Shown: positions 1 through 9,745 of the stretch, one piece after another
Layout of the letters: every line of letters begins with the position of its first letter
How positions within the stretch are numbered: the first letter of the stretch is position 1
IMG/VR virus record: IMGVR_UViG_3300018432_000013
Coordinates: 32,001-96,000 of that record
Length of the DNA: 64,000 nt
Direction: 5' to 3' (one strand)
Origin: a virus
Translations under genes and position numbers: made by a program
Notes under the pieces: model-generated
Databases searched by the model: none
What the model was told of the DNA's origin: nothing
Seen by the model: the letters and a program-made list of their open reading frames with translations, nothing else

Positions 1-894
1 CCCGCCGCCTGTCGTCGTCGAGCTGAGCCGGAGATTGCTCCCCGCAGCCGAGATGAGTGAGCCCGCGACGGCCGCTTCCACGATCGACTTCACTTCGGTG
101 ATCGACACCGCAGCCAGGTCAGCAACGTTGCCAGAACCCGCCACATCGCCCGTCGCAAAGCCGAGAACGCCGTTGGCCGTGCCGCCGGTAACATCGACGT
201 GGCTCGTCGTTCCTTTACGGTCACTCGTGAGCCGAACCGCGCCACCGTCCACATCGGCGCGCGCGCCGTTGATCTTGGCATTGATGACGGCAGCAGCCTC
301 AGCGGCGGTCGCTGCCCCGATCGCAGCAAACTCCGACGTGAGGAAGGTGATGGTCTGAGGAGCGCCGCCATCGATGGCCACCGTCAGTGTTTGGTTGTCT
401 GCGAGCGCGTAAGGCCCCGCGTTGGCGGCCGTGCGTGAAGCGGCGACCCCCGTGAAGGTCGCCGTGGCTGGATCACCGCCGTCGATGACCACGTTGAGCG
501 TCTGGCCGCTCGTGAGCGAAAAGGGCCCAGGCAGTGAGCCCACGACGTAGCCGGCCGAAGGTGCGCCTGCACCACTTGAAAGATTCAAGAGCCCTTCGGC
601 GCTCGTCTTGCTCGATGCATCCGTTGCGTCCGTGTGGTGCACGACGCGCTTGACGTACATCGCGCCGCCGCCGTTCTCGAAGAACCCTTGCACCGCGTGG
701 CTCAGGTAGCCGTTCAAGATGTGCCCGCCAAAGACGCGCTTGTACTGATCGAACGACGTGATGAGCTGCGACTTGAAAGGGCCGCGCTCTGTGATGCCGA
801 GCGCCGCTGTGATGGCACTGGGGCCTGCGATGATGGACCGGACCTGAGGGCTTTCCTCTTCGATCGAGATGCCGGAGCTAAGCTGACGGGCCAT
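1..894 (-). CDS. Tail sheath protein, N-terminal part (runs off window edge)
   Basis: Not in the ORF track. Manual translation from ATG 894 gives MARQLSSGISIEEESPQVRSIIAGPSAITAALGITERGPFKSQLITSFDQYKRVFGG...YLSHAVQGFFENGGGAMYVKRV, the typical sheath N-terminus. TGATG overlap with the upstream gene. Confidence 0.9.
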   Translation of the reverse strand, partial: MARQLSSGISIEEESPQVRSIIAGPSAITAALGITERGPFKSQLITSFDQYKRVFGGHILNGYLSHAVQGFFENGGGAMYVKRVVHHTDATDASSKTSAEGLLNLSSGAGAPSAGYVVGSLPGPFSLTSGQTLNVVIDGGDPATATFTGVAASRTAANAGPYALADNQTLTVAIDGGAPQTITFLTSEFAAIGAATAAEAAAVINAKINGARADVDGGAVRLTSDRKGTTSHVDVTGGTANGVLGFATGDVAGSGNVADLAAVSITEVKSIVEAAVAGSLISAAGSNLRLSSTTTGGG

Positions 895-1223
895 CAGGTC
901 TCCCCTTTGTGCTTACGCTGCTTCAGCGCGATCTGAGGTTTGTCGTCCGCATTGCCCACGTCCGCATCGGCGGGCTTGTCCTGGATCTGCAAAAGACCCG
1001 CACGCAATGCATCAGCAAGCGCGTAGTCAGGGATGCCCTCGCGCGATTCTCCAGCGAGCACCGTGATGCTGTTCGGCAAGTTCAGCTGCAGCTTGCGCGT
1101 CGCAAGCTCGCCAGTCCGACGATCGTGCAGAACCTGCGCGAACGAGGTAGCTGCCCTTGGCGCATCCGGATGCGTCACCGAGAACGTTACGGGGCGCTTG
1201 TGTGGATTTTTGAGCGCGACCAT
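894..1223 (-). CDS. Small hypothetical virion protein upstream of sheath
   Basis: 109 aa ORF translationally coupled to the sheath gene, with a TGATACGCT element 7 nt before the ATG. Confidence 0.7.
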   Translation of the reverse strand: MVALKNPHKRPVTFSVTHPDAPRAATSFAQVLHDRRTGELATRKLQLNLPNSITVLAGESREGIPDYALADALRAGLLQIQDKPADADVGNADDKPQIALKQRKHKGET

Positions 1224-1274
1224 CGCGGGGAGCGTATCACTCGCGCTCCTAAGGACGAAAGAAGGAATCGAGCC

Positions 1275-2267
1275 TTACAGGTCATCGACATCCACGATCA
1301 CGGCTGTCACCGGACGTGTGATGCCCACACCGCCTGTACCCTCTTCGTCAAAACCAGGAAGCCCTGAAAGCGGCACCTGACGAATGACTGCGCGCGCACC
1401 AAACGTCGTCAGGCTGGAATCATCACCACCCGCGTTGATGCTCGGTGCCCCACCGCGCGCCAAAACAAGCTCGAACCGCACCTGTCCGCGTGATGGATCG
1501 GCTGGGTCGAGGTCGACGTAGAGGTAGGGGTTGCGCTCAAAGAACGTCACCAGTACGGACTGCAAGTTGATGAGCACCACATGCCGGTCGGACGTCCCGA
1601 TGATCTGAAAGCTCAGGTCTCCGTACTTAGGCTGGGGCATACGAACGCGATAGCCAAAGGCGTCCACGTACTGCTCCACCTCGGGCTCGGTCCCCTCCTC
1701 AAGCTCAGGCCCTATCACCACCAGTGATGGCAGATGCTGAAGCTCTGTGAGATTGAACGTGTCCCCTGTGGCCGCGTCGTAGTCCGTGTGGATGTGGCTC
1801 GTCGTCACGTTCTGGAGCACCTGCTTTTTGAGCGCGCGCAGAAACGTTCTCACGATACGCACAAGCATGCTCTCGCCCGTAAGTACGACCCGCCGATACG
1901 TGAAAGCGCCCAGAGCTACCGCGAACTCCCCGGGGATGGGCACACCCGCATCGTCGAGGTTCTGCACAGTCACATCGACCGGGCCGATCACGTCTGCGTT
2001 CGAGACGGGTAGCCGTGCGTAGATCAGCGCGTGGTTGACCACGAGCACTTGCGGCGCAACAGCATCACCAAACCGCACCTGCACAGTGGGGCCCCAGTAC
2101 GGGCTCGGCGACCAATCCGACTCCACGATGGTCACGAGATGATCCGGGTCGGTGGCGCGCACCGCCTCCCCACGCCGTCGAAAGTCGCCGCCCAGGATGC
2201 GAATCATCCCGTGCCCGCCCACATGCCCTGTGGCGGGGTAGACGTTCGTGACTGTCGGAACTGCCAT
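1275..2267 (-). CDS. IPT/TIG (Ig-like) domain protein, probable tail terminator/completion protein
   Basis: N-terminal PTVTNVYPATG..GG...IRILGGDF and GPVDVTVQN fit IPT/TIG; lies between neck and sheath genes. Confidence 0.6.
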   Translation of the reverse strand: MAVPTVTNVYPATGHVGGHGMIRILGGDFRRRGEAVRATDPDHLVTIVESDWSPSPYWGPTVQVRFGDAVAPQVLVVNHALIYARLPVSNADVIGPVDVTVQNLDDAGVPIPGEFAVALGAFTYRRVVLTGESMLVRIVRTFLRALKKQVLQNVTTSHIHTDYDAATGDTFNLTELQHLPSLVVIGPELEEGTEPEVEQYVDAFGYRVRMPQPKYGDLSFQIIGTSDRHVVLINLQSVLVTFFERNPYLYVDLDPADPSRGQVRFELVLARGGAPSINAGGDDSSLTTFGARAVIRQVPLSGLPGFDEEGTGGVGITRPVTAVIVDVDDL

Positions 2268-2279
2268 ATCCCGAGCGTA

Positions 2280-3584
2280 TCACTTCTTCTTGTTCGCTTT
2301 TCGAGCCGCCTTGCGCTGGTTCGCTCGATGAGCCTTCACATGCGCGTTGTGCTGTGGATTGGCTTCGCGCTGGTTTTTGCGGAACGCCTTCACGTGCGCT
2401 GAATGCGGCGCCCGGTGCGCCTTCACGTGCGCGCTCTGCTGCGGGTTGGCTTTGCTGCGTTTGCGCTGAAACGCCTTCACGTGCGCGTTGTGCTGCGGCG
2501 TGACGTGTTTGCGGAACGCCTTCACGTGGGCATTCTGCTGCGGATTCTTTTTGCGGTTCTGCTTCCGGTACGCCTTCACGTGCGCGTTGTGCTGCTGCTT
2601 GCGCGGCAACGGCGGGCGCTTCCAAGCGCGACGCGGGCCCTTTCGCGTGATGCGCGGCCGCACCATCCTGTACTTCCGCATCTTGATTTTGGGCGTGGCG
2701 CCGATGAGCTTCTTCGAGAAGCGCGGCTTCTTCACGCGCACCTTCGCCACGCGCGGAACCTTCGGCTTTCGGAACTTCGGTGCGATCACCCGCTTGGGCT
2801 TTTTGAACTTCTGCGGCCGCTTCAGCTTGACGATCGTCTTACGCAGCCGCTGCCCGCGCCCTGTACGCGCCATCTTCAAGCTGCGCCCTGTCGCGCCTCC
2901 TGCGAATCGCTCGGCGGCCGACGCAAGGCTGCGGCCGGGCAAATCAGGGTGATTGATGACCCCGAGCAGCCCGCCAAGCTTACGCGCCACGCGCGCCATG
3001 AAGCGCTCGGCGCCGCGCTTGCCGCCGTACATCTCAATCACGGGCCGGATGAAGGGGCGCGCCGGGATACGCACCATTCCAAGGCCCGCGTGCTGGCCTC
3101 CCATGCCGCCCGAGCTCTTCAAACCCGCCTTGCGCAGCGCCTGCGCGATGAGACGCATGCGTGCGCGAGAAATGGCGGAGCGCACGACCCCGCCGTACTC
3201 GTGCAACCGCCCGATGTCTGCAAGGCTTCGCCCGTCCGCGCCGCGCGAGGCGTAGAGCACGCCGACGAACACTTCATCTTGCTTGGCCACGGTGACGACG
3301 TTGTTGCGCAGCTCGCCTGTGCGAATCAGCGCTTTGGTCCCGCCAAACCCGAGCAGCTTGCGCAGCGCGAGCGTCACTGGAGAAAGCGGTTTGAAGCGCA
3401 GGCCGCCCGGGGCTTGCTGGCGAATACCCTCGACGATCTTGCGGCGGTAAAACTCGCCCTCTTCAACGAGCGCTGCCTGCATCGCCTGTGGAAAGCGCAC
3501 CGAGAGGTTCGCGAACGCATCGCCGAGCTTCGCCCAGTCGCCGGTCAGCGATGCGTTGTAAACGCCGTGCTTTCCGCCCGCCAT
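2280..3584 (-). CDS. Virion morphogenesis (neck/tail completion) protein with long Lys/Arg/His-rich repeat tail
   Basis: FKPLSPVTL..RK, KALIRTGELRN, LHEYGG and IPARPFIRP motifs of the virion morphogenesis family; C-terminal AHVKA repeats; start taken at MAGGKH. Confidence 0.75.
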   Translation of the reverse strand: MAGGKHGVYNASLTGDWAKLGDAFANLSVRFPQAMQAALVEEGEFYRRKIVEGIRQQAPGGLRFKPLSPVTLALRKLLGFGGTKALIRTGELRNNVVTVAKQDEVFVGVLYASRGADGRSLADIGRLHEYGGVVRSAISRARMRLIAQALRKAGLKSSGGMGGQHAGLGMVRIPARPFIRPVIEMYGGKRGAERFMARVARKLGGLLGVINHPDLPGRSLASAAERFAGGATGRSLKMARTGRGQRLRKTIVKLKRPQKFKKPKRVIAPKFRKPKVPRVAKVRVKKPRFSKKLIGATPKIKMRKYRMVRPRITRKGPRRAWKRPPLPRKQQHNAHVKAYRKQNRKKNPQQNAHVKAFRKHVTPQHNAHVKAFQRKRSKANPQQSAHVKAHRAPHSAHVKAFRKNQREANPQHNAHVKAHRANQRKAARKANKKK

Positions 3585-3588
3585 GACC

Positions 3589-4074
3589 TCAGCGCGCCTG
3601 TTCGCGCGACCGAAACTCGAGCTGCAGCAGGTTGCGCTTGCCGCCGAGCCCAAACCCGATGGGCAGTGTCTCGCGCAAATACAGACCAGGCGTGGAAGGG
3701 ATCTGCATCACGAGCGCGCCGCCCATTTCATAGATCGCCGTGAGTCGATCGTTGACACGAATCTTGGGCTGCCCGGTAGGGTCGAGCAGGTCGCGCAACT
3801 CAAGCTCCATGAAGTGCACGACGCAGACAAAACGCGCCTCGCGCACAAGCCCCGTCTGCATCGCGCGCGCGTTGTTGAACATCCCGGGCTCGATCTGCGC
3901 CTGCAACCGCAGCGAAGTCTCACGCCGCGTATCAGCGCCGCCTGTGGAGCCGTCAGGGACGTTTCGCGGCTCGCCAAAGTCTTCGTCGTAACCCCCGCCC
4001 ACCACGAGCGAAGTGGCCAGTGTATCTAGCTGACCGAGCTCGATCTGGAACGGATGGATCAGTCGGCCACGCAT
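3589..4074 (-). CDS. Putative head-closure / head-tail joining protein
   Basis: 161 aa ORF in the neck gene position, with a TGATAGCCT element 7 nt upstream. Confidence 0.55.
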   Translation of the reverse strand: MRGRLIHPFQIELGQLDTLATSLVVGGGYDEDFGEPRNVPDGSTGGADTRRETSLRLQAQIEPGMFNNARAMQTGLVREARFVCVVHFMELELRDLLDPTGQPKIRVNDRLTAIYEMGGALVMQIPSTPGLYLRETLPIGFGLGGKRNLLQLEFRSREQAR

Positions 4075-4122
4075 GTCAGGTAGGCTATCAGATGCCTACG
4101 TCCGGGCACTAACGGTAGAAGC

Positions 4123-5034
4123 ATGCCGAAAGCCAGAACGACGAAGCAGCCAGCCACACCCGTGCGTGCCAAGGTCGACGACGCGCTCTGGGAAAAGATC
4201 CTGCTGTTTTACGTGAACAACCCGAAGCAGCACATGCAGGCCACCAAGGTCTTCGGGCTCTCGCGCCGCACCCTAACGGGGCTCTTCTACGAGGGCGCAC
4301 AGCACCTCAATAAGCCCCCGATGAAGAACCTGGTCGGCACCGTCGAGGTCCGTGCGCGCGCTCTTCGTGCAGGCCTACGAGACCAGGAGCTCGCGCGCGC
4401 CGACCAGGAAATCGACGCCATCATCAACGCCACTTCAGCAAGCGCTCTTGCGCAGAGCGTGGATGATGCGGCCCGCGCGCGCAGCGAGGAGGGAGCCGTC
4501 GTCGGTGCTGCGCGCCGCAACATCCTCTCACTGCAGTCGCTTCTGATCCCCCTGCTCGCAGGCGCCAAGAAGCGCGCGCGTGACCTCGAGAAGCTGCTCG
4601 ACAACGACCAGATTGAACCCTGGGAGCTGCTCAAGCTTTTCCGCGAGCTCGGCAAGTTCCAGCACGACCTCAACAGCGCTGCCAAGATCAACATGGACAT
4701 GGAGCGCATGCTGATGGGTGAGCCTGCCGAGTCGAAGACAGCGCAACCCATGACCCAGCGCGACGCCGTGCGCGTCCTCGAGCTCGGCGCGCGCACTCTC
4801 GAACGCATGCGCGGCAACGGCCGCCTGATTGAAGGTAAGGGGATCGAGGTCGCGCGTGTAGTAGCTAGCGCTGACGACGAGGAAGAGCTCGACCCGGAAG
4901 ACCTTGAGCCTGAGCCTTTCCCCGATGCGGGCGAAGAGAGTGAGCGCTTTGTACAACCTGAAGATCTCGCTGCGGCTGTGCGCACTCACTACGACCCAGA
5001 CGAGGAGATCTTCAACACGGAGGACGAGCCATGA
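4123..5034 (+). CDS. HTH + helical protein with acidic tail, possible terminase small subunit
   Basis: N-terminal HTH-like segment (HMQATKVFGLSRRTL), helical core, acidic C-terminus; antisense to the structural operon. Confidence 0.45.
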   Translation: MPKARTTKQPATPVRAKVDDALWEKILLFYVNNPKQHMQATKVFGLSRRTLTGLFYEGAQHLNKPPMKNLVGTVEVRARALRAGLRDQELARADQEIDAIINATSASALAQSVDDAARARSEEGAVVGAARRNILSLQSLLIPLLAGAKKRARDLEKLLDNDQIEPWELLKLFRELGKFQHDLNSAAKINMDMERMLMGEPAESKTAQPMTQRDAVRVLELGARTLERMRGNGRLIEGKGIEVARVVASADDEEELDPEDLEPEPFPDAGEESERFVQPEDLAAAVRTHYDPDEEIFNTEDEP

Positions 5035-5231
5035 CGGGCTTCTTTGTCGGCCGCGTGTTCTTCCACATCTACACCGAAAAGGAAAACGTCTGCTGCAACG
5101 AGTGCGGCAAGTGGCTCGACGCGTCCATTGCCGCAGAGCACGCGCGCAAACGCCACCGCGGCCGCGCCGATGGTGTGCTCGCTGGGCAGCTCGGCCTGCC
5201 GTTCACGAACACGCCCGACGTACCGCGCTAG
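5031..5231 (+). CDS. Small C2H2-type zinc-finger protein
   Basis: CNEC-x10-HARKRH; ATGA overlap with the upstream gene. Confidence 0.55.
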   Translation: MTGFFVGRVFFHIYTEKENVCCNECGKWLDASIAAEHARKRHRGRADGVLAGQLGLPFTNTPDVPR

Positions 5232-5824
5232 CTCACTGCCTGCGGCGCAAAACGTTTCGCGATACGCGCAAAGTCGCGAAGTCTGCGCAGCTCGTCAATC
5301 GCAGCCTCGATGTCGACCGAGGCACGATGCGCGGCGCCAGCATCAGGCTTCTTCAAGCCGAAGTCAGCGAGGTTGAAGATGCGCCGGCCGGAGCCCACTT
5401 CAAGAATCTGGTACGAGCACGCCCAGTCAAACAGCGGAAGCGCACGCTCGATCATGCGCTTGTCGAACTGGACGGAGTAGCCGATCAGCATGATCTCGCC
5501 CGGCCTCATGCCCATCCTGCGCAGAAACTCAAGCAGGCGCATCTCCACGAGCTGCGGCGTCGTAGAGCGCTGCGCCCGTTCATACTCCCTGCGCACTTCC
5601 GCAAGCAGCCCGCTCTTCTCGTGCCACTCGCGCACTTTGGGATCGAGCTGCGCTTCAAGGTGGCCGTAGGTCGCTGCCTCCGTCACGAGCGACCCGAACC
5701 GGCCAAGCGTGTTGAGGCGCTCATCGAGTGCCACGGCTGCAATCTCGAGGACAAAGTCATGCTCGAAGTCGACGCCCGTAGTCTCGAGGTCAACGCCGAG
5801 CAGGTAGTTCGTCTTGGCAATCAT
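5228..5824 (-). CDS. orn: Oligoribonuclease-like DEDDh 3'-5' exonuclease
   Basis: DLETTG..D.VLEIA, WHEKSGLL, GYSVQFDK and HRASVDI match Orn family motifs. Confidence 0.8.
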   Translation of the reverse strand: MIAKTNYLLGVDLETTGVDFEHDFVLEIAAVALDERLNTLGRFGSLVTEAATYGHLEAQLDPKVREWHEKSGLLAEVRREYERAQRSTTPQLVEMRLLEFLRRMGMRPGEIMLIGYSVQFDKRMIERALPLFDWACSYQILEVGSGRRIFNLADFGLKKPDAGAAHRASVDIEAAIDELRRLRDFARIAKRFAPQAVS

Positions 5825-6171
5825 CAGCGGCTCCGCTCTCGCAGAAGCTGCGCTGCATGCTCAAGTCCATGCGCGTACGCCGCCGCCATGGAGAGCTCGA
5901 ACTCGCCTGCCGCCCGAAAGCGCTGCACGTGTAGCTCGGCCTCGCCCTCCAGCAACGCCGCAAGTTCGCGATCGTTGTCGATCAAGCGATACCAATCGTC
6001 CCGTAACAGCGCAGGGCCGGCGACCAAAGTATCAGCCTCCTGCCCTTGATAGACGTAGCGGAAATCCGCTCCGTCGAAGTGGTAGTAAGCGCCGTCGCTC
6101 ATGCCTGGATGCGCAAAGCGCACGCCCGGCGCGATCTCCATCTCGCGAAACGCCGCATGCCCCTTCACCAC
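5824..6171 (-). CDS. Hypothetical protein
   Basis: 115 aa ORF coupled to the orn-like gene. Confidence 0.6.
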   Translation of the reverse strand: MVKGHAAFREMEIAPGVRFAHPGMSDGAYYHFDGADFRYVYQGQEADTLVAGPALLRDDWYRLIDNDRELAALLEGEAELHVQRFRAAGEFELSMAAAYAHGLEHAAQLLRERSR

Positions 6172-6201
6172 TCACCTCGTGGCGAGTGCAGTGACGAGGC
6201 T

Positions 6202-6621
6202 TCAAGGACGAACTGGAACGCCATACACAACGTTGGTGCCCGAAACTCCACCCGCGATGATGAGCGCAAGCTCGCGTGGTGCAACTTTGTGTGCGGTTGC
6301 CGCGCGCATGATGGCCACGCGCGGCTCGACACCGCTCAGGATGAGCGTTCGTGTCAGACGAGCGGCCTTTTCCATGGGCGACTCTTCTGAAGTCCCAACC
6401 CCAATCACGACGGTCACATCGCCCTCTGGGGCGCCTGGATCGATCAGCACCACTCGCTTGCCGTCCGCCATAAAGCCTCCCCGATAGGCGCGCTCCTCGT
6501 CGAGTCGCTTGCCGCGCTTGCCGCGCGATCGTATGCCGCGCGCTGCTTTGCGCGTGAGGAGCGTCTTGCCCTCCTTGAGCGCCTCGACGCGCTCGCGCAG
6601 CGTGTTGTACTTCTTCGGCAT
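6202..6621 (-). CDS. Hypothetical basic protein
   Basis: 139 aa ORF with TGATG coupling to the upstream gene. Confidence 0.6.
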   Translation of the reverse strand: MPKKYNTLRERVEALKEGKTLLTRKAARGIRSRGKRGKRLDEERAYRGGFMADGKRVVLIDPGAPEGDVTVVIGVGTSEESPMEKAARLTRTLILSGVEPRVAIMRAATAHKVAPRELALIIAGGVSGTNVVYGVPVRP

Positions 6622-7709
6622 CAGGCCGCTCCCAGCCGGGGACCTCGGCGATAGAGATGGATGATGTGATCAAGCTCCGGGTCACCTGTGGTTCCGCCGA
6701 CGAGCGCGCCGCGCGTGGCGGCATCCACGCCCCCGAACATCGAGTAGCTCTGGTCACGCGTCGTCTCGCCGGTGAGCTTCCAGCGCTTCAACGCGTCATC
6801 ACGCGACGCCACGTCGGCAAGCTTGGCGAGGTCTCGAAACGCCATCAGCGCCACGGCGCGCGCGACCAGCATGGGCGTGCTACCCGTCGGCGAACTGTCC
6901 GGATCCGTGTACCCGAACACCCCGCGCACCGTCACGCTTCGGCGCGCAAACCCAAAGCCGTACCCATCTGCCCAGTACCCGAGCGACGCATACTCGATGC
7001 GCGGCGCCTCGCGATCGTCCGGGTCGAGCAGCCCCTGCAGGTGGCGGTTGTACACACGCAGCACGCCGAGGTCTGTCCCGGGCTCGAGTTCGAAGTTGGC
7101 TGGCGTGCCGATATGCACCGAGAGCAGCGCGATAATCGGCTCCTCCAGCATCACGACGCGCGAGCCCTGCGGCGCAAGCTGCATGGCCTTGTAGCGCGGC
7201 TCGAACGAGCGCCCCGTGAACTGCTCAAAGAGCCGACTCGCAAGCACGAGCTTCATCACCAGCGTTGCGTCGGTCACGGACGTCGGCACACCCTCTTCCC
7301 GCAGCGTCGCCACCTCGGCGTAGCAAGGCGTGGGGAGCGCCATGGAGAAGTAACGAGGCGGCAAGCTCTCCACGATCTCAAAGGACGTGACGAACACCCA
7401 CTCGACCGTATCCGCTTGCAGGATGCGATACCACCAGCGCACTTCGTACGGGCCGGTGGCGGCGTCCTCAGGCGCTGTCCAGTCCGCCACGTAGCGCCCG
7501 GGAGACAATCGATCCCCAAGCGGTGCGTCCGCCAAATCCACGAGCGCCCGGTCCCCTTCGGTCGGCGGAAAGACCTGCACTCCCGCTGTGCGGTCGAAGA
7601 TGGCGAACTCGATGGCGCCTGGATCGACAAGCAAGCCGCTCACGATGAAGAACGCGTCAAGGGCCGGGCGGCCGCTGTGGCTACGCTGACCGCGCGCGAG
7701 GATAGTCAT
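6621..7709 (-). CDS. Head-tail adaptor/connector protein with N-terminal Ig-like domain
   Basis: YAEVATLREEG, ASRLFEQFTGRSF, G.FGY and P.LV.RAV are typical of adaptor proteins; SD GAGGAG before ATG 7709. Confidence 0.7.
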   Translation of the reverse strand: MTILARGQRSHSGRPALDAFFIVSGLLVDPGAIEFAIFDRTAGVQVFPPTEGDRALVDLADAPLGDRLSPGRYVADWTAPEDAATGPYEVRWWYRILQADTVEWVFVTSFEIVESLPPRYFSMALPTPCYAEVATLREEGVPTSVTDATLVMKLVLASRLFEQFTGRSFEPRYKAMQLAPQGSRVVMLEEPIIALLSVHIGTPANFELEPGTDLGVLRVYNRHLQGLLDPDDREAPRIEYASLGYWADGYGFGFARRSVTVRGVFGYTDPDSSPTGSTPMLVARAVALMAFRDLAKLADVASRDDALKRWKLTGETTRDQSYSMFGGVDAATRGALVGGTTGDPELDHIIHLYRRGPRLGAA

Positions 7710-7766
7710 GGGACGCGTCACTCCTCAGCGCGCCCACAGAGAGCGGGCTGCGCGGTCCGATAGGTT

Positions 7767-8504
7767 TCAGCGATTGCGGCGTCGGCGACCGGACGGCGGG
7801 CTCGCAGGCGCGTCCTCTTCGCCGTCTCCACGTCCCTCGAGCGCGTCGGGCCCGAAGTCTGTGTCGCCCGGCGCGACGTAGTTCGGCTCGTCGTCCGGAT
7901 TGGCCGATTGCCCGTCGATGAGCACGGGCGCCTGAAACTGCTGATCACGATCGATGTTGGCAGCGTTGACGCTGAGCGTCTTGTCGTCGACACCCTGCGC
8001 CGCCGCCTCATCGAACACCGCGCTATCCGTCTCCTGCGTGACATGCGGGATGTCGGAGTACGTGTTGCGCGTGACGGTGCCGGAAGGCTGCGGCATCGGG
8101 TACACGCGCGGCGGCGGATACCCGTTCGGCGGAAACTCGTCGTTCGGTGCCTGGAGATCTGCCGTGGTCAGCACGCCTGCACGAGCCACCGAGGTCCGGC
8201 GCGGATCGTTGGCACGTAGCTGCGGCGACTGGTTCGGGCGCAGCGCCGATGCGCGCTCCCGTCGCGCGTTCTCGCGCTCTTCGACCTTGCTGGCGTCTTC
8301 TTCACTCAGGACGTCGAAGACGCTCTGCGACAGCGGATCGCTCTCGTCCTGCAGCAACTCCTTGAGCTGCTCACCGAGCGCGACCGGAATGCGGTACCAG
8401 CCCGCCGATTCACGAAAGCGCTGACCCATGAACGTATAGGTCTGCACCTTGTAACCCTGCTTGGGGTTGTAGGGCTTGATGCGAGCGAGCACAAAATCAG
8501 CCAT
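7767..8504 (-). CDS. Hypothetical protein with low-complexity acidic C-terminus
   Basis: 245 aa ORF with SD in the head module. Confidence 0.65.
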   Translation of the reverse strand: MADFVLARIKPYNPKQGYKVQTYTFMGQRFRESAGWYRIPVALGEQLKELLQDESDPLSQSVFDVLSEEDASKVEERENARRERASALRPNQSPQLRANDPRRTSVARAGVLTTADLQAPNDEFPPNGYPPPRVYPMPQPSGTVTRNTYSDIPHVTQETDSAVFDEAAAQGVDDKTLSVNAANIDRDQQFQAPVLIDGQSANPDDEPNYVAPGDTDFGPDALEGRGDGEEDAPASPPSGRRRRNR

Positions 8505-8540
8505 GGTCGTTCCCCCTTGAATCTGGATCAGGTTCTCATA

Positions 8541-9218
8541 CTACGGCCCCATTTTCGTGCCCTTTCGTGGCACCTTGCGGGCCGCCTTCATCTCAGCTTG
8601 GTTGGTGCCCCGAACCCGCTCGACCGCGAACTGCGGCTCCACCGTATGCATGGGAAGTGCACGCAAGCGCGGGTCTGGAACATCGCCGCCCTCTCGGCGC
8701 AGCGTCTCGTTCTCGGCCTTGAGCTGCAGGTTGTTCTCTCTTTCGGCTGCAAGCTGTCCTGACAGTCGTGCGTTCTCGAGCGCTGCGCGGTCGTTGGAGA
8801 TCCTCAGCTTTTGCAGCTGCTCGACAAGCGCGCGCAACTCCTCGACCTCGGCGTGCTCCTGCGCGCCTGCAATCCTTGCCTGCGTGAGATCTCCACGCAG
8901 CCGCATCAGTGCCGCCTGCGCCTCGCTGAGCTCCTGACGCAGCCGCAGCGACTCGACCTCCTTGCTCAGAAGCTGCAGGTCGAGCGCTGGGGCTGCGTGC
9001 GTCCCGTGCAGCGCGGACGTTGGTGACCCAACTGCGGCGACGTCCGCTGCGCCGCGGGCTGTGGCCGCTGCGGACTTCTCTGCGGCCCTCTCCGCCCTCT
9101 TCATACGCCCCGTCGGTCCGATCATCGGCGCAATCCACGTATCGAAGACGAGCTTCACCAGCGCTGCCGCAGCAGCGGCAAGGATCGTGATCAACCACGT
9201 GGGTGGCGTGAGATTCAT
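8541..9218 (-). CDS. Membrane-anchored coiled-coil protein (possibly lysis-related)
   Basis: N-terminal hydrophobic segment WLITILAAAAAALVKLVF followed by a long heptad-rich region. Confidence 0.5.
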   Translation of the reverse strand: MNLTPPTWLITILAAAAAALVKLVFDTWIAPMIGPTGRMKRAERAAEKSAAATARGAADVAAVGSPTSALHGTHAAPALDLQLLSKEVESLRLRQELSEAQAALMRLRGDLTQARIAGAQEHAEVEELRALVEQLQKLRISNDRAALENARLSGQLAAERENNLQLKAENETLRREGGDVPDPRLRALPMHTVEPQFAVERVRGTNQAEMKAARKVPRKGTKMGP

Positions 9219-9241
9219 TCACCTCAGAGCTCCTCGACGGT

Positions 9242-9727
9242 TTAGTCGTCGTCCTTGTCGTCGGGGCCGAGCACGCCGGCTGCGCGCAGCTTCTCGCGTG
9301 CAGACTTGCGCTGCTCCTTCGGCATGCGCTTGAGCGCGTCGCGCAGCATCTCCTTCACATCGCGGCGACTGCCGGGCTTAGCCTTCGCCGCTGTCTGAGG
9401 GTTTGCGGTAGCGTCCGTGGCCGAGGCGAACATCTGCTGCTCATCGAAGATGGGCATGGTCTCGTTGTTCGGGCCGGCGCGGTCGGTGACGTAGTTGATG
9501 AGGTCGACCGGAAGAATGATCGCGCCCCAGGCGGGAATGCAGAACCACACCGCCCCGCCCTGTCCGCCGAGCACCACACCCTCCCATGAGTTGTCTATCT
9601 GCAGATGGTCATCGACAACCAGGTTAGAGCCCTCGTAGATGAGCCCATCCGGATTGAAGTCCTGATAGGTGGACTTGAAGTCGTCGATCGTCGTCTGCTC
9701 TTCAGTCGTGAGTTGCAAGCGTTCCAT
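9242..9727 (-). CDS. Hypothetical protein
   Basis: 161 aa ORF with SD GGAAAG. Confidence 0.6.
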   Translation of the reverse strand: MERLQLTTEEQTTIDDFKSTYQDFNPDGLIYEGSNLVVDDHLQIDNSWEGVVLGGQGGAVWFCIPAWGAIILPVDLINYVTDRAGPNNETMPIFDEQQMFASATDATANPQTAAKAKPGSRRDVKEMLRDALKRMPKEQRKSAREKLRAAGVLGPDDKDDD

Positions 9728-9745
9728 AGCGGCTTTCCTTTCGCC

